From NCBI GenBank assembly GCA_010909165.1, contig MU008199.1, positions 204,248 through 268,247 of the forward strand: a DNA stretch of 64,000 bases, in the 5' to 3' direction. This DNA comes from Anthoceros angustus (lineage: Eukaryota > Plantae > Anthocerotophyta). Positions 57,842-64,000 of the stretch are shown here, in pieces. Numbering within the stretch: the stretch's first letter is position 1; every line of letters begins with the position of its first letter. Both the position numbers and the translations under genes were made by a program. The notes beneath the pieces are model-generated. The model was not told where the DNA came from. It made no database searches and saw only the letters and a list, made by a program, of their open reading frames with translations.

Positions 57842-59608
57842 GTGAAGGGAGAACACAGGAGGCAGAGGGCCGCCCTTCCAGAACCAAGCGAGTCCGGGAG
57901 GAGGACGATCTGGGAGGGGATTCCGGACTCCATACGTCTGGAACGGACCCCCTCGCCACCCTGGGAAGTGTGGGAAGACATTCCCGCTTCCCTTCTTTTA
58001 GTCCATTCACCGGAGCACCCTGCGCAGGAGGAGGCGGCCACAGGAAGGGAGCTGGCGGTCGCGACGCCAGCAAACCAGCAACCCACAACGGCCCCAGTCG
58101 CTGAACCCCGCCGGACTAGGCGGGAAGCGAAGAAGGAAAGGCAGCCCCTCAACGCCAGGACCGCATCGGTCCCCTTGCCCCTGCCGGCGGAGTGGCAGGA
58201 GGCGGAGGAGGCCGTAAGGAGAGCGGAGAGGGATGTGGCCCAGGGGCCGGGAGGACACTCGCAGCAACCCCACCCCAAGCCCGTCCTGTCCCCAACAAGG
58301 AGAGGCAAGAGAGCCAGCTCCAGGACCCCCTCACCACCTCCGAGCCCCAAGCGAAGGCGGGCGGAGAAGGAGCTAGCGGCCAAAAGGGCCAAGGAGGTGG
58401 AGACTCCGGACCAGAACAATCAAGACCTGAGGGTCCTGATTGGGTCCGGAGTCCCGAGTTCGGCGTCACTCCGGATTGCGGTGTGGCGGTCCTTAACGGA
58501 CCGAGCGGTACCCGAGGCCGCGGCGGACTTCACGGGGATTTCTCCAGCGGCCGCGGTGGAAGAAACTCGGAGGGTACTCGCAGATATTATGGACGGCGTG
58601 CTCTGGGGTCTTTGCGGAACGGCAGAGAAGACCCAGGAAGTGGAGGCCACCAGAAGACGGATGGTGGAGCTCCAGGGTCAGGTGGAGGCGGCCCAAGCGG
58701 CCAAGAGGAAGGCGGAGACCCTCGCAAGAATTGAGGAGGAGAAGCGCAGGGCGGCGGAGTCGGAGGCGAGGTCTGCCCAACAAGACCGGGCCAGGATCCT
58801 TCAGCTATGTGAACAGCTGAAACAAGCACAGGAGGCACGAGCAAAGGCGGAGGACCTTTGCAAACGGAGGAAAGCGGCCCGGAAGGAGGCGGAGGAAGCC
58901 CGAAGGCAGGCGGAAAGGGCTAAGGACCTGGCCGAGATGGCTCGGCAGGAGCAACACCAAGCATGGGAGGCTCCGGTGAAGGGGGCGCGGGAAGCCGAGG
59001 CCGCGGCGAAGTCGGACAGAGACCATTACCGGTGGGACCGGAACCGGTGGAGGGAGACGGCGGGAGTAGCCGCCAACCCGGGCGGAAAGCAGCGGTGGCG
59101 TGGCGCACGGCAAGCCATGAAGAAGAAAGGGAGGCCAAGCACTGTGAGATGGAGGATCTCCGCACGCTGCAAGGAGCAGAGGAGCGCGCCTGGAGTCGGA
59201 GGATCGCAGGAGACCGAGCCGCAGCCTGTGACACGGTGGAACGACATGGAATTCTCCAAGGGAGAATCATGGACCACGAGCAAGAGATCGAGCGACTCAA
59301 ATTGCTGGAGGGGAGGAGAGTTGACGGCGAACCAAGGAGATGGACATCGCCGAGTTGGAGAAGGATCCCAGGAAGCTGTGAGCCAAGTGAGGTGCCGGAC
59401 CGAAGGAGATGGTGGCCCTCAAGGATGGATGGTGGAGACAGTGGCTCGAGAGAGGAGGCGGCTGGTCCAATTACGTAAAGCAAAGGGAACTGCCGGCCCA
59501 TGGGCCGAACCAGGCCGACGGGCGGAGGAGGAGCACGGAGCAAGCACTGTGAGGCTGCAGGAAGTGTCGGCAGCCTTGGCGGCCTCAAGAGACTCCACCC
59601 GACTCTAG
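57842..59608 (+). CDS. Low-complexity/coiled-coil ORF of element C (588 codons, probably frameshifted internally)
   Basis: Long ORF with a P/S/R-rich linker and E/A/R/K heptad-like tracts. Confidence 0.45.
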   Translation: MKGEHRRQRAALPEPSESGRRTIWEGIPDSIRLERTPSPPWEVWEDIPASLLLVHSPEHPAQEEAATGRELAVATPANQQPTTAPVAEPRRTRREAKKERQPLNARTASVPLPLPAEWQEAEEAVRRAERDVAQGPGGHSQQPHPKPVLSPTRRGKRASSRTPSPPPSPKRRRAEKELAAKRAKEVETPDQNNQDLRVLIGSGVPSSASLRIAVWRSLTDRAVPEAAADFTGISPAAAVEETRRVLADIMDGVLWGLCGTAEKTQEVEATRRRMVELQGQVEAAQAAKRKAETLARIEEEKRRAAESEARSAQQDRARILQLCEQLKQAQEARAKAEDLCKRRKAARKEAEEARRQAERAKDLAEMARQEQHQAWEAPVKGAREAEAAAKSDRDHYRWDRNRWRETAGVAANPGGKQRWRGARQAMKKKGRPSTVRWRISARCKEQRSAPGVGGSQETEPQPVTRWNDMEFSKGESWTTSKRSSDSNCWRGGELTANQGDGHRRVGEGSQEAVSQVRCRTEGDGGPQGWMVETVARERRRLVQLRKAKGTAGPWAEPGRRAEEEHGASTVRLQEVSAALAASRDSTRL

Positions 59609-61485
59609 TTGGCGGCCTCATGACGAGACGAACCAGCAGCCGGCCAAGACACCCAACTACCATAGCACCTCTGGAGGAGGAGCAATGTGCTCCGGCTCAT
59701 GTGGAGGAGGCAATTCAACAAGTTGATCTGACTTTGCCTACTACCACGCGGAGCTCCTCAAGGCCCTGGAGGTCCCGAGCCACCCCGCAAGTTCACGGAC
59801 CCTCGCCACCACAGGAAGTGTGGGAAGACATTCCCGCTTCCCTTCTTTAGTCCATTCACCGAGCACCTGCTGCAGGAGGAGGCGGAGAAGGAGCTAAGCG
59901 GCCAAGAAACCAGCAACCCCACAACGGCCCGGTCGGCTGAACCCCGGGACTAAAGAAGCGAAGGAAGAGCCCCGCTGTGCGCCAGGACCTGCACGGTCCT
60001 TGCCCCTGAGCGAGCGAAGAGGAGGCCGTAAGGAGGCGAGAGGATGTGGCCTGTGGGCCGGGAGGACACTCGCAGAACCCCACCCCAAGCCGTCTCCCAT
60101 CCCCAACAAGGAGAGGCAAGAGAGCCCCTGACCCCTCACCACCTCCAGCCCCAAGCGGGCGGAGAAGGAGCTAAGCGGCCAAAAGGGCCAAGGAGGTGGA
60201 GACTCCGACAAACAATCAAGACGATTGGGTCCGAGTCCCGAGTTGGCGTCACTCCGGACAGGTGGCGGTCCCACAGGAAGTTCTCGAGGCGGAGGAAGCC
60301 GGAGGCGGACTTCACGGGATTTCTCCAGTGGTGGAAGAAACTGAGGGTACTCGCAGATATTATGGACGGCGTGCTCGGGGTCTTTGCGGGCGGACCAGGA
60401 AGTGGAGGCCACCGGAAGGCGGATGGTGGAGCTCGGGGTCAGTGGAGGCGGGCCAAGAGGAAGGCGGAGACCCTCGCAAGAATTGAGGAGGAGAAGCGCA
60501 GGGCGGAGTCGGGAGGCGAGTGCACAAGACGGGCAGATCCTTCACCGTGTGAGCAGTGAAACAAGCTCAGAGGCACGAGCAAAGGCGGAGGACCTTTGCA
60601 AACGGAGGAAAGCGGCCCGGAAGGAGGCGGAGGAAGCCGGCGGAAAGGGAAAGGACCCGCCGAGATGGCTCGGCGGGAGCAACACCAAGCATGGGAGGCT
60701 CCGGTGAAGAAGCCGAGGCCGTCGGACAGACCATTACGGTGGGGGCCGAACCGGTGGAGGAGGCGGAGAAGGAGCTAAGCGGCCAAGAGGAAGGCGGGCG
60801 GAGAAGGAGCTAAGCGGCCAAGAAGAAGAAAGGGAGGCCAAGACCAGAGATGGAGGATCTCCGCCTGGGAAGCGGAGGAGGCGAGCGCCGAGGCTGGAGG
60901 ATCGCAGGAGACCCGCTGCAGCTCCAGACAGTGCGACATGGAATTCTCCAAGGGAGAATCATGGACCACGAGCAAGAGATCGAGCGACTCCAGCTCTGTT
61001 GGAGGGGAGGAGTTGACGAACTAAGGAGATGGACATCGCCGAGTTGGAGAAGGATCCTGAGGAAGCCGGAGGCCGGGGAGTCTTGGACCGCTGGGAAGGA
61101 GATGGTGGCCCTCAAGGATGGATGGTGGAGCAGGCTCGAGAGGAGGCGGCTGGTCCAATTACGTAAAGCAAAGGGAAGCGTCGCTCCATGGCGGTATGGC
61201 CGAACTTCTGACGACGGGCGGAGGAGGAGCACGGAGCAAGCACGGAGGCTGCAGGAAGTGTCAGGCGTTGGCGGCCTCAAGAGACTCCACCCGACTCTAG
61301 TTGGCGGCCTTGCGGCGGAGGCGGAGGAGGCCGTAAGGAGGCGGCCACTACCATAGCACCTCCTGGAGGAGGGAGAAGTGCTCGGCTCATGTGGAGGCAA
61401 TTCAACAAGTTGATTCGGACTTTGCCTACTACCACGGAGCTCCTCAAGGCCACAGAGGTCGAGCCACCCCGGCAAGTTCACGGAC
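57946..61485. repeat. Tandem duplication (57946-59797 and 59798-61485), second copy deletion-rich; probable assembly artefact
   Basis: GGAAGTGTGGGAAGACATTCCCGCTTCCCTTC occurs in both copies; both end in GAGCCACCCC(G)GCAAGTTCACGGACCC. Confidence 0.85.
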
Positions 61486-61764
61486 CCCCGGATGGATCAG
61501 AGGGAGGGGGAAGAGATGAAGGCCCCGGGGACAGTACGGCCACCGAGACCTTGGGAGCGCTGTTCGGCGACGAGAGCAGCAGCGGGGAGGGGGAGCGCCA
61601 GGAGGAGCAGGACACGGCGGACACCACGGGCATGAGTTAAGTCCGCCGCACCCCACCAGGGAAGGAAGGGAGGAGGGCCCCGGGGGGTCCTAGAAGGGAA
61701 AGTTCCGGAGGATGAGGACGGTCCCCTGGGAAGTTCTCGAGGCGTAGAAGTCCAGAACCCGCGA

Positions 61765-61900
61765 GTCCGACTCAAGTCCGGACCAAACGAGACCGACTCA
61801 AGTCCGGACTGAAACGAGACCGGACCAAGTCCGGACCAAACGAGACCGGACTCAAGTCCGGACTGAAACGAGACCGGACCAAGTCCGGACTGGAGACGAG
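61765..61900. repeat. About five copies of a roughly 27-bp unit GAGACCGGAC(T)CAAGTCCGGAC(C/TG)AAAC with an internal CCGGAC/GTCCGG palindrome
   Basis: Directly visible tandem array. Confidence 0.85.
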
Positions 61901-62096
61901 GCTTGGACCCGAGGTCCGGACTCTAGAGTCAAGACCGGATCTTGAGGTTTGACCTGGACCCTGGGCGTCCCGGCTCAGAGGAGAGGGGGTCCCCACCACC
62001 GGCCAGTGAGCAACCCCCGGTGGTCCCACAGAGGTGGACCCACCGGGGTCAAGAGAGGAAGGAGAGGAGGACTTGGTGGTTACCGCTGATTGTCGC

Positions 62097-64000
62097 CGTA
62101 AACGATCCGTATTTGGAAACTCCCGCTGATTGTGTCTTTGAGTGATTTTTGTTTTTGCTAAGTTCGTGTCAATAAGAGCTGGGTTGTGATGAAGGAATAT
62201 TTATAGTAGAAAGTGTCCTTGGCCTATGAGTTTTGGGGTTGTTTTCCGGGTTAAATAATAATCGGTCCTTGACTATGAACTCGATACTCCTTGGCCTTTG
62301 CATCGGAATATTTAATAGAGGGCCTATATATGGGGGAGGGGTTCCTCATATTTGGCAGAGGTAATCAAGGCCATAGGCTAGTGGTCAAACCTACCGGGGC
62401 GGTAGTTGATTAGTGTGTGGTCATTGACTGGGGTGTACGGTAGCTTTGTTCCGAAGACGGTAGGCGAATTGGAAGGGCGGTTGCGGAAGGAAGAAGCAGT
62501 CGCGGAAGGAGGAAGTGGTCGCGGAAGCCGGCCGGTGGTAGGGGAATTTCAGGGGGATATAACCTTAAGAAATCTCGGAAAGGCACCAGGCGCGGCGGCT
62601 GTAAAGGGCAGGCCCTTGTGGCGTCGGGAAGCTCGCGAGTCTCGGGAGGTAGGAACCCTGGGGGACTGACCAAGTTGGAAATTCTGAGGCGAGCTATTAG
62701 CAGTTCGTGGCGCCATGCGCAATGAGGTTTCTGCAGGAGCATGGCGCCCAAGGCCGCAGTGGAAATTTCGACCGCCCAATGGCCAAATATGGACATTTGG
62801 AGGGTCCGAAATGAGAATTGCGCTACTGGGACTTGGGTTCTGAAAAACGTGGAGCTATGTGAACCCAAGTCTGGTGCATGAGTGTGCTCGCCAGCTGAAG
62901 GCTAAGTCACAAGGGGGAAGGAATCAAGGAAAGGCCACAGGATTGGGATGTGGACATTTTATTGGAGGATTTACCAGACCAGCGACGAGGAAGGAGGGCC
63001 CATGGATTCTGCAGAGAGACAAGGGCCAAAGCACTATTTCGTAGGAGGGGCGACATAACGAAAGGGGGGTAGTGGCATCATAGGAATAGAGCTTTGGATG
63101 GGATTTGGATAGGATGCCATCCTGGACCTAAGGCTGTCCGAAATTGTAGGGGCGTCTCTTTGCGTTCAGCCATTTTTAGGACCTAGAATTCTGGTGGGCT
63201 ATGAAGCCCCCACATATAAAGGCTTGGTTGTGCCCCTCACACGATAATTCCTCGGTTGAGATCCCCACGCCTATGGCTGGTTGGAAACGTCCTATTGATG
63301 AGGTGGTGCGCGAGACGCCCTAGGGTGGTCGAGAGCTTGCTCCGCAACCAGTGGGAGAGGGAGGGTGATAGAGCGTTCCTCACTGACAAAGGAGGAGGAA
63401 ATCGAGGGATTGGCGCGGGGCGGGTCTGGAGCTTGCTCGTAACGCCTGCTGTGACGCCCGAGAATTCTTCTTTCTCTTACCCTTTTTCCTGTTGGTTGTG
63501 TTCCAAAATTGAGAGAGAGAGAGAGTGTGTGTGGGTGGAAGCCTGAGGGGCGAATCGAGAGAGAGAGAGAGAGAGGATTGGGTGAAGGAGTGACTGAACA
63601 CTGTATGCAATGCGAGGTGTAAGAGGAGTTGAGAAGGAGAACTAATTAAGAAACTAACAGTGGAGATTTGTGTGGATCCAAGAGAATCTAAACCGATGCT
63701 GTTGGTGAAAGTGTGCACAAGAGGAAACAGCATTCCTTGTGGAATTGTGTGAGGGTGGCGCCCTTTGTGTGTGTGAGAGAGCGGTTGAGAGGGATCTGTG
63801 GAACTTTGGTCTCTAGGAATTGGTGTGTGCATGAAGTGCGGAGTGCAAAATAAAGTCTGGTCTGTGAGCAATGATAGCCGCCCATGGCAGGGATCCGCGG
63901 TACCGTGTGCCAGAAATAAGTTGCTAGGGTTTGGTGTGGGACCCACCTCGGTAGTCGTAGCAACTACCCGGTAGTGGTGAGAGCCACTGTGGTAGTAGCT
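62097..64000 (-). mobile_element. Second copy A2 of element A, running off the window
   Basis: (C/T)GTAAACGATCC terminus; shares blocks such as GAATATTTATAGTAGAAAGTGTCCTTGGCCTATGAGTTTTGGGGTTG with 27238 onward. Confidence 0.75.

Larger units (their letters stand above)
56323..62096 (-). mobile_element. Element C: relative of B and D, with its ORF on the plus strand; interrupted by A2
   Basis: Terminus (C/T)GTAGGAACGTAAAG resembles the B terminus TGTGGAACGTAAAG. Has the same domain plus coiled-coil ORF and TCCGGA-rich arrays at 56415-56560 and 61765-61900. Confidence 0.65.

Noticed and set aside
50495-62096. D and C as long TIRs of a Pack-MULE that captured the methyltransferase
   Set aside because: Their inner ends look like independent TG/CA termini with different sequences, the homology is patchy and offset, and no 9-bp TSD is evident; two separate insertions are simpler.

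Overview
Eukaryotic nuclear DNA from a compact-genome land plant. The short GT-AG introns and tight gene spacing resemble a hornwort, moss or lycophyte, but the species cannot be fixed from the sequence. The window has two halves. From about 1.9 to 24.3 kb there is a dense block of seven spliced genes: TL15 pentapeptide protein (-), RPB8 (+), an RFC1 with no visible BRCT domain (+), an alpha/beta hydrolase (-), VMA12/TMEM199 (-), proteasome alpha7 PAG1 (+) and the KDM5-type demethylase JMJ17 (-). From about 25.2 to 64 kb there is a nest of transposable elements. A Gypsy-like gag is split by a Copia element with non-canonical TA...TA LTR termini (TSD GGATG). That Copia carries an extra upstream ORF and an apparently spliced antisense gene that converges on the pol stop. 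It is in turn split by a roughly 5 kb TG...CA unit with no paired LTRs that encodes an Athila-ORF-like plus coiled-coil protein; relatives of this unit recur elsewhere in the window. Between two of these relatives sits a spliced relic of what looks like a beta-class N4-cytosine/N6-adenine DNA methyltransferase. Several tandem duplications in the TE half show deletion-rich differences concentrated at CWG/CG sites, which suggests long-read consensus errors on methylated DNA. Many TE frameshifts should therefore be treated with caution. All family assignments are by motif recognition; no searches were run.
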